A stretch of 63,217 nucleotides of DNA, filler included, from Trichodelitschia bisporula (lineage: Eukaryota), in assembly GCA_010356995.1 (NCBI GenBank). It is 13 parts of 11 records of this genome, joined end to end, with 100 filler letters (N's around TTAATTAATTAA, not from the genome) between each part and the next. Parts side by side here need not be neighbours in the genome. Positions count along the whole stretch, not along the records: positions 1 to 19,013 come from ML996692.1; positions 19,114 to 22,198 come from ML996693.1; positions 22,299 to 24,206 come from ML996694.1; positions 24,307 to 28,298 come from ML996695.1; 9 more parts are not named here. One strand, given 5' to 3'. The position numbers and the translations under genes are program-made. Each line of letters starts with the position of its first letter. Position 1 is the stretch's first letter. The notes beneath the pieces are model-generated. The model saw only the letters and a program-made list of their open reading frames with translations, was not told the DNA's origin and did not search any database. Shown piece after piece: positions 13,257 through 25,438 of this stretch.

Positions 13257-16200
13257 ATGTTGCGGCGCGAACCCCCGCGGATGCCAGGCATGCCATACGC
13301 GCCCTCAGCGCAGCAAATGCCCCCGCAGTTGCCATCCCAGCAGCATCAACAACCACATCCCCAGCAACTGCCGCAAACCCATCAAGACCTCTCGTTTCTC
13401 CCCCCACCGCCCTTCGCACACCCCGCCTCCGACGCCTCTAACGGCAGCAAAATCCCCTCATCCATCACCAGCAACGCCGCTGCCCTCCAAATGACGCCGC
13501 GCTACGCTCTCCCCGTTCGCCGCGCAGACACCAATCCTTACACCCCGCACCCGCGCCCCGATAACCCCCGCGAACATATGCTTCGGCGTAAGACGCCGAA
13601 TGGTTACGCGCCCTACGACGCGACGTCGGCTGAGCGCCCGCACGCTGCAAAGCACATCCTCCTCGGCGCAGAGCGTGAACTGCCGCTGCGGCCACAGCAG
13701 CAGACGCTCGACTACGCCGCACAGCAGGCGCACCAGGCACAGCAGGCACAGGCCCAAGCCCAGGCACAGGCCCATGCTCAGGCCCAGGCCCAGGCCCAGG
13801 CCCAGGCACAGCAGGTCCAGCAAGCGGCGCTCCAGTCCCAGCAGTCCCTCCAGAACATCCAGAACCTCCAGTCCCACCACTGGGGCCCCGTCCCCCGTGT
13901 CGACGGCGCCCTCGGTCACCTCCCCCACCCGCCGCACTTCCAATACGCCCCCGCTTACCCCTTCGGCCCGCAGCCGTCCTACAATCCGACTGCGGGCAAC
14001 ATCGCCGGTCCGCCAGGACCGTACACGCCGAATGGCCATTTCGTGCCGTATCGGCCGGCTGCGGTGCGCGATCCGCAGTTCTACTCGTGGCCGCACGTCT
14101 CGCGCCTCCCGCCTGTAAATGGCTTCGATATGGGCCCGCCGAAGTACATGCTCCCTGGCGACGGGTTTGCATACAAGAACCCGTTGGATGCGTTCGGTGG
14201 CTTCCGCCTGCCGCTCCCGGAACCGCTGCCTCCGCCGGAGACTCATCCCGACCGTCGAGAGAGGCTGTTCGCGCACGCTTATGACGTCTATGTCAAGCTG
14301 CAGAAGACGGGGCAGTCGAAACGTGGGAGCGTCAACCGTGCACCAAATATCTACCCCAAGGCGCCGAGGCAGCCTGGTTTTGCGGCGCCGTATCGGATGC
14401 ATACGCGGGCGAATTCTATTACGCAGACGCCGTCGGAGCGGCCGAGGTTAAGACGCACAAGTAATATCCAGTTTCCGTCGTATTCGCTCCCGGATGAGGA
14501 TGTGGAGGAGACGGCCAAATGCGCGCTGCGGAATCTCGAGCAATTATGTAAAGAGGGCGGGTGGACGTGGATCGATGGGATTCTGCTTGGGGGCTGTCTT
14601 GCGTATGCACTCAAGCAGTATCATGTTGCGTCGGAGTGGTATGGGAAGATTTTGGCCGTGGATCCGAGGTTTGTATTTTCTGATTTCGTATGTCCCGTTA
14701 CTAATGGGCCCAGGCACGTTGAAGCCATGTCCAATATGGCCGCCACGCTCCTCGCCACCGGCAAGAAAAAGGACGCCGAAGCCCTCTGGACAGAGGCCGT
14801 GCGGGCGCGGCCCAGCTATTTTGAAGCGGTCGAGCACCTCATAGGACTGTTGTGCGGCGAACACCGTGGCAAAGAGGCTGTCCAGCTCATCGACGACGTC
14901 CAGCGTAGTCTTCGGCACGCACGCCCGCAGAACGATCGATCATCCGTTAGCCAGAGTCCGAGTTCGGCATCTAGTGCCTCGCAGTCGTCCGACCGTCCGC
15001 TCTTTGAGTATGAGCCGGAGCGCGACCGCGAGACGTCCAGTTCTACCCAGCGTGGCTTCGGGAGCAGCGGATATGCCATCCCTGGCAGCGAAAACGGCCG
15101 TATGCTGCAGCTCATCCATGCAAAGGGTAATATGCTCTACTCAATGGGCGACAACCCGGCCGCTGCCAGCGCCTTCGAGGAAGCTGTTCTGGTTGGCATC
15201 GGTGGTCTCGGCGGCGACATCCACGCCGTCATAAAGCGCATCCTGGCAGCTATTCGCCGCGCGCACATCGAGGCCTTTGGTACGCGCGACCTTGTTGATC
15301 CGATATTACTGCGCCCCGAGGAAGCTCTCGAAACGGCCAAGGCGTGCTTCCCGCCGTCGGGCGAGTTGCCTGGCCTCAAGCATCTCGTCAGCGACTCGGC
15401 GCGCAAAGCGGCTACCGCGACAACGAGCAATGCGCTGCTATCCCTAGCCAAGATTTTCCAGGACGGCATGGCGTCGAATTCGATGAAATCAGGCGCGTTT
15501 CGCAAGTGCGGCGTGGGCGACATTCTGGCGCTGTACTACCTCTCATTCTCGCTGCAACAGAGCCCGTCGACGGCTAATAATGTTGGCATTCTCCTCGCAA
15601 GCGTACAGCAGGCCGCCCCGGGCCGCATGACACTCTTGTCGGTTGCGCCGCTGCACCCGCAGCTTCATGGCGTTGTACCCGGTAGCGGCGTGTCACTTGC
15701 GCTGCAGTACTACAACTACGGGCTCACGTTGGACAGCCAGCATGCGCACTTGTACACCAACCTCGGCAGCCTGCTTAAGGACATAGGGCAGCTGCCTGCG
15801 GCGATCAAGATGTACGAGCGGGCCGTGGAGTGCGACCCGAAATTCGATATTGCGCTCGCGAACCTGGCCAACGCTGTTAAGGACACGGGCCGCATCGTTG
15901 ACGCGATCAATTACTACCGCAGGGCCGTGGAGGCCAGTCCTGACTTCGCAGAGGCGGTGTGCGGGCTCGCCAACGCGCTCAACAGCGTGTGCAACTGGAA
16001 AGGGCGCGGCGGCATCGCCACACCCGACGGCAAGCGCGACCGCTGGCACGTCGACGAAGACGGCGGTCTAGTCGACAGCCTGCAACCCGGCGCGCAGTCC
16101 AGCGGGTGGATCAAGCGCGTCGTCGATCTGGTCCGGAAGCAGCTCGCCGACGGCGAGGAGTGGGGGATCGGCTGCATCAACTCTGCGCTGGTGGAGCAGA

Positions 16201-17775
16201 TTGCGCGCACCCTGCCCGTTATCGCCGAGGACGGCGAAAGGAAGGGCCTGGAGAAGTTTGTGGTTGATACGCTGCGCACCTGGGCGGGGCGCAAGTGGGA
16301 GGGCGCGCGCGTGGTAAGGTTGGTGGAGCGCATCGTTAAGCGCCTCGTCTGGCAGTGGTATCAGGACTTGTACGTGCGGCCGCGCCAGCGCCCGGTGTCC
16401 GCGTATACGCGCCCCCAGCTACCGGCTAGCCTCGCCGTCCCGCCCGCACCCACCGTGTTGCCATTTCACACCTTTACGGCGCCCATGTCCGCCGCCCAAG
16501 TCCGGTCCATATCGCAGCGCAACGGCCTGCGCATCTCAACCTCAACCCTCAAATCCCTCTGGCTGCCGCCCACCGTGCACCGCCCCCCACCGCCGCCCGC
16601 CCCGCATCTCAACGTCGGCTACGTCAGCTCGGACTTCAACAACCATCCGTTAGCGCATTTGATGCAGTCTGTCTTCGGACTGCACGACCCGACCCGCGTG
16701 CGCGCGTTCTGTTATGCGACGACCGCGAGCGACGGCTCCGTGCACCGGGCGCAGATCGAGCGCGAGGCGCCCGTGTTCCGCGACGCGACGCTTTGGCCCG
16801 TCGAGCAGCTCGTCGCCCAAATAGTCGCCGACGGTATCCACATCCTCGTCAACCTAAACGGATACACGCGGGGCGCGCGCAACGAAGTCTTCGCCGCGCG
16901 GCCCGCGCCGATTCAAATGTCCTTCATGGGCTTCGCGGGGACGTTGGGCGCGGAGTGGTGCGATTACCTGCTGGCTGATGAAACGGCGGTTCCCCCATCT
17001 ATGCTGCGGCCGTGGAGGGGGAATGTGGGTGTTAGGGATCTTGCGGAGGATGGGCATTTTGGGGGGGGCGGGGAGTGGGTGTATGGGGAGAATGTGGTTT
17101 ATTGCAAGGAGACGTTTTTTTGCTGCGATCATGCGCAGAGTGCGCCTGATGCTGGGGGGCAGCAGGTGGGGTGGGAGGAGGAGAGGGAGAGGAGGGGGCG
17201 GATGAGGAGGGAGCTTTTTCCGGATTTGGCCGAGGAGGTGGTGATTTTTGGGAATTTTAATCAGTTGTATAAGGTTGGTTTCCCCCCTCCTCTCTCTTTC
17301 TTAACTCCGCTTTTGGGCTAAGGGCGATGCTGACATGGCCTCTAGATCGACCCAACAACCTTCCGCACCTGGCTCCGCATCCTCGCCTCCGTTCCGTCGT
17401 CCATCCTCTGGCTCCTCCGCTTCCCGGACCTAGGCGAAGAGAACCTACTCGCCACCGCCCGCCGCTGGGCGGGGCCAGACGTCGCCGCGCGTATCCGCTT
17501 CACCGACGTCGCGCCCAAGGCAACACACATAGCCCGGGCCCGCATCTGCGATCTGTTTCTCGACACGCCGGAGTGCAACGCGCACACCACGGCCGCAGAC
17601 GTGCTCTGGAGCGGCACGCCGGTGGTCACGCTCGCGCGCCACGAGCACAAGATGTGTTCGCGGATGGCGGCGAGTATTCTACAGGGGGCGTGTCCGAGGG
17701 GGAGCGAGGGGGAAAGGATGGTGAGGGAATTGGTGGCGGGGACGGAGGAGGAGTATGAGGTTTTTGCGGTTAGGT
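13257..17775 (+). CDS. OGT: O-GlcNAc transferase (GT41, TPR + SPINDLY/OGT catalytic domains); 3' end lost in N gap
   Basis: Q/A-rich N-terminus, TPRs (HLYTNLGSLLKD...IALANLANAVKD), GYVSSDFNNHPLAHLM, HILVNLNGYTRGARNEVFAARPAPIQ, FGNFNQLYK|IDP, DLFLDTPECNAHTT; introns 14669-14713 and 17274-17345. Confidence 0.93.
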
Positions 17776-18009
17776 NNNNNNNNNNNNNNNNNNNNNNNNN
17801 NNNNNNNNNNNNNNNNNNNNNNNNNNNNNNNNNNNNNNNNNNNNNNNNNNNNNNNNNNNNNNNNNNNNNNNNNNNNNNNNNNNNNNNNNNNNNNNNNNNN
17901 NNNNNNNNNNNNNNNNNNNNNNNNNNNNNNNNNNNNNNNNNNNNNNNNNNNNNNNNNNNGGGGGGTGAAGTAGGCGTGTTCTTCCGCTCGCTTGGTGGGT
18001 AAAGGGATT

Positions 18010-18752
18010 GTGAGGATTGGAGGGGCTGGACTTGACCGCGGGATGCGGGTATTATTTGCAACGGACTGGAGGGAATGGGGAATGGGGAATGGGAAAGGGG
18101 AAAGGCGTTTATGGTCGCGGGACTTGGAGAGTTAAAATGAGCGTTCGTTGCGCTGGCTTGTGTGGTGGTGTATACGGCTTTCTTTTTTTTTTAGGTTGGG
18201 GATGGGAACTGGGAATGGGATGGGTCGGGCCGGGCCGCTGGGAGGGTATACGCGTGAGTGTATGGGATGGGATGGGATGGGATGGGTGGGTAGATAGACG
18301 GGAATTCGACTAGACATGCACATCTGCATTACTTCAACTGGAGTATGGAATTGACTGGCGGGTGTATTTCATGCAAAGACTCGCATTCAAGCAAAGACCC
18401 CATCTCGACATTCAAGGAAAGAGCAACGGGCGTGTTACAAGAAAAGACCAGCATCACCAAAAATCAAGCTCCGCGTGCAAGGAAAGACACAAAGGCAAGA
18501 CCTGCATTCGCCTGAAGGCCAACCACCGCATCCAAGAAACGACGAGTACTCATCGAAAAGACCGGCATTCAAAGAAACACCCAAACTCCGCCTCCAAAAG
18601 AAAAGACGAGCATTGAACGACCTCTGCATTACGCTTCCTGAGCAGGTTCCGGCGCTCCGGGGCCGTGGTCTGGGGGATTGTTGGCTTGAATAGCTGGTGT
18701 GGTCGGGGAGGGGGGAGCTAGGATCGGGTTAGGATGTGGAAGATGAGTGGGG
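18010..18752. repeat. Second, inverted copy of the 1-1210 non-coding segment
   Basis: Direct reverse-complement matches listed for 1-1210. Confidence 0.85.
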
Positions 18753-18830
18753 ATGGGGAATGTACCTTCGTCAAGGCGGAGAGGCGATGGGGAATGTACC
18801 TTCGTCAAGGCGGAGAGGGGGCGGAGAGGG

Positions 18831-19013
18831 CGGGGACGCGGGAGACGGCGACGGCGACGGCGAGAACGTGATCAGGGACGAGGACGAAGACGACATCTCA
18901 TCGTGTCTGCTGCGGATTAGCTGATGGTGTAGCGTTGCGCAGTAGCTACGTACCATGGAGGCTTTGTAGTGATGTCGGCTCCTGAGCGCATATGGGCGAG
19001 CCACGCTTCTGAC
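18831..19013 (-). repeat. Duplicate of the C-terminal tail and 3' flank of the TPR-NLR at 28399-28586 (coding 18917-19013, truncated by spacer)
   Basis: Near-identical to 28399-28586; encodes ...AWLAHMRSGADITTKPPWYVATAQRYTIS*. Confidence 0.85.
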
Positions 19014-19113
19014 NNNNNNNNNNNNNNNNNNNNNNNNNNNNNNNNNNNNNNNNNNNNTTAATTAATTAANNNNNNNNNNNNNNNNNNNNNNNNNNNNNNN
19101 NNNNNNNNNNNNN
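19014..19113. other. Artificial contig spacer N44-TTAATTAATTAA-N44 (also centred at ~22243, 24251, 28343, 30644, 31974, 47666, 48905, 51292, 59005, 60465, 61839)
   Basis: Identical 12-mer with stops in all six frames, flanked by fixed-length N runs, occurring 12 times. Confidence 0.97.
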
Positions 19114-19259
19114 GGCTTCAACCAGCCAAGCTTGCCTCAAAGTACGTTGTCACTTGTCAGCGGGGCAATCACCCTTAGACACAACGCGGAGTCTTCGATT
19201 GCCGTTTCGACTGTTACATACGAGACGCCCCAAAGACCTCAGCCTCCCAACGACCGCAG

Positions 19260-20323
19260 CTAAAGCCCCTTCACAACCGCTCCCGGCGGCACCGAGCCCG
19301 GCGGGAGACCCGTCATATTTGGGTTCGGCCCCCACCCCAAACGCTGCTTATTCACCCGGAGCGCGAACACGTCATGCGCGAGGATATCCTCCATCATCGC
19401 CTCGAGGTACTTCAGATCCAGCGCCGCTTCGCCCGTCGGACTCTGCAGCCCGCTCCCCGGCTGCGGCGGCAGCACCGGCCCCGCGCCCTGCGGCACGTAC
19501 ACCGCCGGCCCCGAGATCGGGTACGGCGACACGTTGCGCCACATGTCAAAGTACAGCCCCGGCTCCTGCTTGAAGGGCCGGTAGGCGCCGGGGAAGCGGA
19601 CCCCGGGCGGCGACGCAGCCCCGCTGCCCGAGATGCGCAGGTTGAAGCATTGGATGTAGTGCTGAGTTGTCAGCGACGTCCTCAAGGCTAGAGCCGTACC
19701 TGTGGCCCCAGGATCTTGTCCTCATTCATGTGCTATAGGCTATCCTCAGTCACGTAGTGCAGCGCGATGAGCTCGTAGCGGAGGATGTAGGTCACCGGCG
19801 CAATGTCATGCGGAGTTACCGTGGCGGTGACGTTCCCGTCGTCCATCATCTCGTCTACGGCCCACCGCCATCCGCCGCCAGCCCCCGCTCCGAGATCTTG
19901 AACCACGACAGCGCGTTGAGGCCCACCTTCTCGACCGGCCCCGTGTATCGCGCCAGGTAGTTCACGATGGGGCCTTGTGGCGCGTGAATTAGGGACTCCA
20001 CGGGAAGTGCACCGTGCTGCCCGCGCGGGCGGGGGCGATCAGCGCCGGGGCGCGCGGGTCGGCGTTGCAGGCCATCGCCGGGGAGGTCTGGGTCGACGAC
20101 GGCGAAGCGCCGCGAGGTGCGCTGGTTGTAGGCAAAGGCGATGAGCGGGCTGGGGAAGCGGTCGTCGCGCTCACTGGAGGGTTAGATGGGAGGCGGTATT
20201 GCGGGCGGCTTATGGTGAGTAGCCCCAGTACCTGGGTCGTTAGCGATGCGGCGTGGGCGGGGAGACGTACAGTTGACCGTCGACGGCGACATGGCGCACA
20301 GAGCCGTGCGTAAAGGCGCTCAT
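19260..20323 (-). pseudogene. AA9 (GH61) lytic polysaccharide monooxygenase, degenerate
   Basis: N-terminal HGSVRHVAVDGQLY (His-brace type), MACNA, HKGPIVNYLA, WFKI, HYIQCFNLRISGSG...PGAY...GPAVY; frames broken by stops/shifts; signal-peptide region out of frame next to an 18-bp tandem duplication (20356-20391). Confidence 0.75.
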
Positions 20324-20993
20324 TGCGAGGCCGACAGATAATGTCAGGGCCCAGCTAGGTTCACGGGTGGAATTAGGTTCACGGGTGGAATTCAATTGGC
20401 ATGGTCAAACAAACAATACTTCTATGAAGAATCTATGTAAAGTGGAGGAGGAGCAAACCTAAGTGATGGGTGGTGGTCTGGGCGTCGAGACCCTTAGTCA
20501 CGTGACCAGGAATGGTCTGTGGTTCTTGGAGGACGAGTGACCAGTGTTGGCAAGCATTAGTCTTACCTCCTTGTTATGGGAGTTGTCCCAACTAGGTTGG
20601 GCTCGTCCCATGACAGATAACTAAATTGGGAGCAGCATTTTGCCGTGGGAATGGGTGAGTGCGGAAGGCATTGCTTTGGCGGGTGCGACTTGGTCCAATA
20701 AACTGAGCGGTGCTGTCGCGTCGACGGATGGCATCGAGCTGAACGATCGATCTAGATTAGAACGAGAATGAGCAAGTCCAAACGAGGGTTGCCGAGCCTA
20801 CAGCGATGGCGCAGCGATGGCCCGTGAGCTATATGGATCAACTAATTCACGAGCTTGGGTTCGTCGGGCCCGCCGTCGCCGCCGGCATATAGAGCCGCAG
20901 CCACGGGACATTTCTTCGGGGCGTGCCGCCGCCGACACGCAGAGCAGTACGGGCGGCGGAGAGCCTAACCGAATGCCGCCGCAAGAAGCGCGG

Positions 20994-22198
20994 CTAGGGC
21001 GGCGAGGATAGCCAGAGCACAATGAGCGCAATGTCCCAGGAGCCGTGGCACGCCGGGATGGCGTTGGTGACCATCGGCCGGAAATCGAAGAGAGGGGCCG
21101 TGGCGGACGAAAAGTCGTAGAGGGTCAGGGTGTGGCTGATGGTGACGGTGGTCGTGCCGGCGAAGCTGGTGGTGGTGGTGGTGGTGTTGGCCACGGTGAC
21201 GTTGCTCGTCTTGCCAGCGTCGGTAATGGTCGTCGTGAGGCCGGTGACGGCGGTGGTCTTGCCGGCATCAGTCACGGTGGACGTTTGGCCCGCATCAGTA
21301 GTTGTTTGGCCGGCGTCTGTGACTGTGGTGGTCTAGCCAGCGACGGTGGTGGTTTGGCCAGCGACGGTGGTGGTTTGGCCAGCGTCCGTGACTGTCGTGG
21401 GCTGGCCAGCAACGGTGGTCGTCTGGCAGGCGTTGGTAGCGGTCTTGCCCGCATCGGTGACCGTGGTTGTCTGGCCGGCGTTGATGACGATTGTAGTTTG
21501 TCCGGCATTCGTTACGACCGACGCAGAAGCCGACGCGGAGATCAACGTCACTGTCGAGGTACTCCCAGAATTTGTGACGGTCGTCGTCAGCCCAGCGTTG
21601 GTGACGGTCGTTATGGCCCCGGCATTTGTCACGACTGACGTGGAAACGGACGTCACGGTCGTGGTCGTGCCAAATTCGGTCACCGTAGTCGTAGTCGTGC
21701 CCGTGGTGGTCAAGACGATGAAGGCGGGGATAGTGCTTGTTGCCCCGGTGACGGTAGTCGTCTGGCCTTTAGCGACGACAGGTGGTCGTCTTGCCCACAT
21801 CAACGGTGACCGTCGAAGTCCTGCCCGCATCCACCACAATCACTGTCTTCCCCGCGGCGGTGACCATCATCGTCTGCCCGGCGTCGATGACAGTTTGCGT
21901 CTTGCCTGCGGCGGTGACGGCTGTCGTGACGTTGGGCGGCAGCACACATCCGGTGAAGATGGTCTGGTGGACGCTCGTGATGTTCTCATATGTCGACCCA
22001 CCACCGCAGACGGGCTCTTTGATGGTCCCTGTGTGCAGCTGAGCCACGAACGAGGTGCGCGGGAGACATGTCGTCGATGGACACGAGAGCGGAGAGCACA
22101 ACTGGGTGACGATGGTCGTCGTGGGCAAGCATGAGCTCTCAGGATATGTTGGAGCTTGTGTTGTCGACGTTGTCCAGGACTGACGTCGAGATAAGCAT
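20994..22198 (-). pseudogene. Thr/Val-rich repeat cell-surface (adhesin/flocculin-like) protein, disrupted; 5' end in spacer
   Basis: Many (D/N)AG(Q/K)TTTVT units; one frameshift near 21780 and an in-frame TAG at 21333-21335 at a CAG position. Confidence 0.6.
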
Positions 22199-22298
22199 NN
22201 NNNNNNNNNNNNNNNNNNNNNNNNNNNNNNNNNNNNNNNNNNTTAATTAATTAANNNNNNNNNNNNNNNNNNNNNNNNNNNNNNNNNNNNNNNNNNNN

Positions 22299-24206
22299 CT
22301 TTCCCGAGCCGGCGTCCCACAGCCTGACCGTGCTGTCATACGATGCCGACGCCAGCTGCTTGCCGTCCGGCGAGAAGGCCACGGCGTTGACCGCACGCGA
22401 ATGGCCCACGAGCGTATGCAGCAAGGCATCCCAGTTGTCCCTAACCTGCGGTAGTCCGGGCATCCACAGAGGCATTTGGCTTTGAAACCGCCTTTTTACA
22501 ACACTTGCTGTCGGGGAAAATACCAGCGCGCTGCAATATGTCTGCAAGGGAGCTAGTTCGATGGCTGACCGGTTGTAGAGGACAAATCGTTTCATATCAT
22601 GAACGAACTCCGATAGTCGGGGACACTTCTGCGCCTAAGCCAAGTATCAGCCAAGTATCCCCACTCTGCTTTACGACCAGCTTACCGATATCAAGGACTC
22701 CAAAGACACGATGGCATGGAACCCTTCGGAAACCTTTTGCATCCATCCAAGCGCCTCAAGCCAATGAAGGAGATGCTCCTTCAGGAACTGATGAACTTCA
22801 CCGTCATCGTTGAGCTGAGATCCACTCTTATGAAGATGCTGTATCCAGTAGAGGCATGCATACTGCTTCTCAGGATGGAGGGAGCCTTCAACCTCATGAC
22901 TGTCGACCTCGGTCTTGAGTACTCCAGGCCGACCTATTCTAAGCATGTCCTGCGTGAGGAAGTCAGACATGGCCTGTATGCATTTCGCGGCAAGGGCTCG
23001 ATGGGCCTCCTCTTCATCAACCCAGAGACCTGTTTTCCCGCTTCTCCCTGGGTTGAGAAGGAAGTCACGAAACGAAGGGTGATGTAAACGGAGTGCGTCA
23101 CCTGGTTCCTTTCGAATGTCCTTTGGAATGTCCAAAATGGCGTGAAGATCATCCAGTGCCTGACCCACATTCTGGCCGAGTAGCCTGCTCAAGGACGGGA
23201 TGGAAAGTGAATTGAACAGGATCACGATGCCTCCAAGCAATTCCTTCAATATGGATCGCACCTCCTCTGCATCATCGCCTTCATAGTTGGTAAGGGATTG
23301 GCGAAGAACAGTCGCGTAGATCTCGTCGAGATGCTGCTCTGGCCCTTTCACAGCACCATAGCTTTGGTCGAGGATCATGCGCAGTCTCTTGGGTGCCAGT
23401 ATTCTTCCTCGTTGAACAAAGCGGCATGCGGTTTCAGCCCAGATGAACAGGCCACTGGCATTCCGGACAAGAGAGTCGATGACTTGCTCGCCTGGCCAAT
23501 CTTTGTCAAAAGAGCGTCCCCGGGCTAGCCGTTCGAGCTCGTGTCGTAGAAAGAAGCGGATATCATTGTCAACAGTCGACTTCTCAATGCTGTGAAGCAC
23601 AAAGTCCAGGTGCTCGCTTATCGGAATTTCAGATAACGGAGACCGGATTGGCACTTCAGGTCTACTCGTTAAAAACAGCCGGAGCCGGGTTTTCTTCAGC
23701 AACCGAAAGAGATCCAGAATTTCCCCTATGTCGTCCTCGCCCTCGCATTCGTCCAGAGCATCGACCACCAGGATGTACGGAGCAGAGGAGGTGTCACCTT
23801 CCAGCTTCGACATGGGACCGAGGATGAGATGGTGCCACTGACTGCGGATAGGCTCTTTAGTGATGGTATCCCGCTCCTTCAGAGACTTGTGGAGAGACCA
23901 CTTTGCCCCCGGCACATTGTCTGCAAGTTGCGCTGCGATGCTTGCCACGAACTTGCCGGCATGCCGGACATCTGCGCCACTTCGCGAGAAGAAGAAGCTG
24001 GCTCCAAGCCTTCCCCTCTGAAAACATTCGGCGGCCACAGTTTGAGCCACGGTGGACTTGCCGGTGCCAGCTAAACCACTCAACCAGAAAATATTTGGCG
24101 AGTTCTCCCCGTAAGCCCAGGCGTAGATCTCTTCGAGAAGTTCGACCCGGGTACCAATCAGGCAAGGCGCTTTTTTCCGCTCGTATGGGTTGGATGGTGT
24201 GTCTGC
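22299..24206 (-). CDS. NACHT-WD40 NLR (HET-E/NWD-like), partial at both ends
   Basis: P-loop [12 protein letters not shown], Walker [35 protein letters not shown]; intron 22685-22635; [10 protein letters not shown] linker and WD repeat [31 protein letters not shown]. Confidence 0.92.
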
Positions 24207-24491
24207 NNNNNNNNNNNNNNNNNNNNNNNNNNNNNNNNNNNNNNNNNNNNTTAATTAATTAANNNNNNNNNNNNNNNNNNNNNNNNNNNNNNNNNNNNNN
24301 NNNNNNATACGATGAAACAAGACAACTGAAGTAAGCAATCCCGAGCGCTAACAGATACCGGCAACAAAGATACTGAGCGCGAAGTGATACAGGAACTTAC
24401 AATTGATGGCGGTGGCATACGACAACCTCGCCACATCATTGCGCGATCAACAGTGGCGTCGGCAAGCAGAAGCCGACTGTGGCTCTTGATT

Positions 24492-25072
24492 TGTAATAAA
24501 TGGCAAAAGGGAACAGGCTGGAAGATTCCAAAGGACAATCACTTGGATATACAATCACAGTCTCTCTCGTAGATAGAAAATCAATCAAGTCAATCCTTTC
24601 TCATACAAGTCTCTTGGATACCTTCCGCCAACAACAATATCAGAAGGCTGTAACAAATGGGAATCCGTCTAACACACCCTCCCAGCCTGAAGGTATTGAG
24701 CTTCAATGTCAACAAGGCCAATTCGCTGGACAAATGTCTCATGGCGTTGATGGGGAAGAACTTTGGTCAATCCGTCTGCCTCCATCTCCTTGGTGGGTGT
24801 CCATTTCAGTCGGATCCTTCCGGCTTGAACTTCCTGGCGCAACCAGTGGTTGTGGATGCTGACATGCTTGAGCTTGGTGTTGAGCAAAGGTGCCTCCTTT
24901 GTCAAGAGCCCAAGTGTCTGTCTGTTGTCGTTTGCAATTTCGATGTCATAGCCTAAACTGAGACCGATGTTTGCAAAGAGTCGTTTCCACCAGAGAACTT
25001 CCTTCGATGCATGCGTAAGAGCAAGAAGTTCTGCTTCGGTGCTTGAGGTTGTGACGGTTTTCTGCTTGGTAG
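24492..25072 (-). mobile_element. 3' fragment of a Ty1/copia element: RNase H end, PPT and probable ~183-bp 3' LTR (24492-24674)
   Basis: KQKTVTTSSTEAEL...DNRQ...TKLKHVSIHNHWLRQ...MEADGLTK; GGGAGGGTG purine tract followed by TGTTAG...ATTACA; truncated at 25073 by an LTR-A copy. Confidence 0.8.
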
Positions 25073-25247
25073 TGTTAAAAGGTGATGTGTGGTAAACGGA
25101 AACATCACAGCATCATAAGTTGGACCAAAGGTCTGTACATGAACAAGTTGCTTGTATTGTCAAAGAGGTGGGGACCCCGAGTCTACTTATACTCACGCCC
25201 TGTGGCTGAAACTGGGTGAGGCTGAACACAGCCACCGCATTCCAACA
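25073..25247 (-). mobile_element. LTR family A copy (no TSD)
   Basis: TGTTAAAAGG...TTCCAACA, reverse complement of the other A copies; flanks GGTAG/ATCGC. Confidence 0.9.
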
Positions 25248-25438
25248 ATCGCACACACTAGCGATGCTTAGATAGCTTGAGGAGTGATAGGCGAGAGCTC
25301 GAAGAGCAGTAGCATGAGAACCCGAGGAGCAATGGCATGACGACGAGATGCGTATAGCGACGAGATGGGTAAAACGATGAGCAATGGGCATGAGGGCTCA
25401 CTTAACGATGCGTATCGCTCAATTGTAGTATCCCTCCC

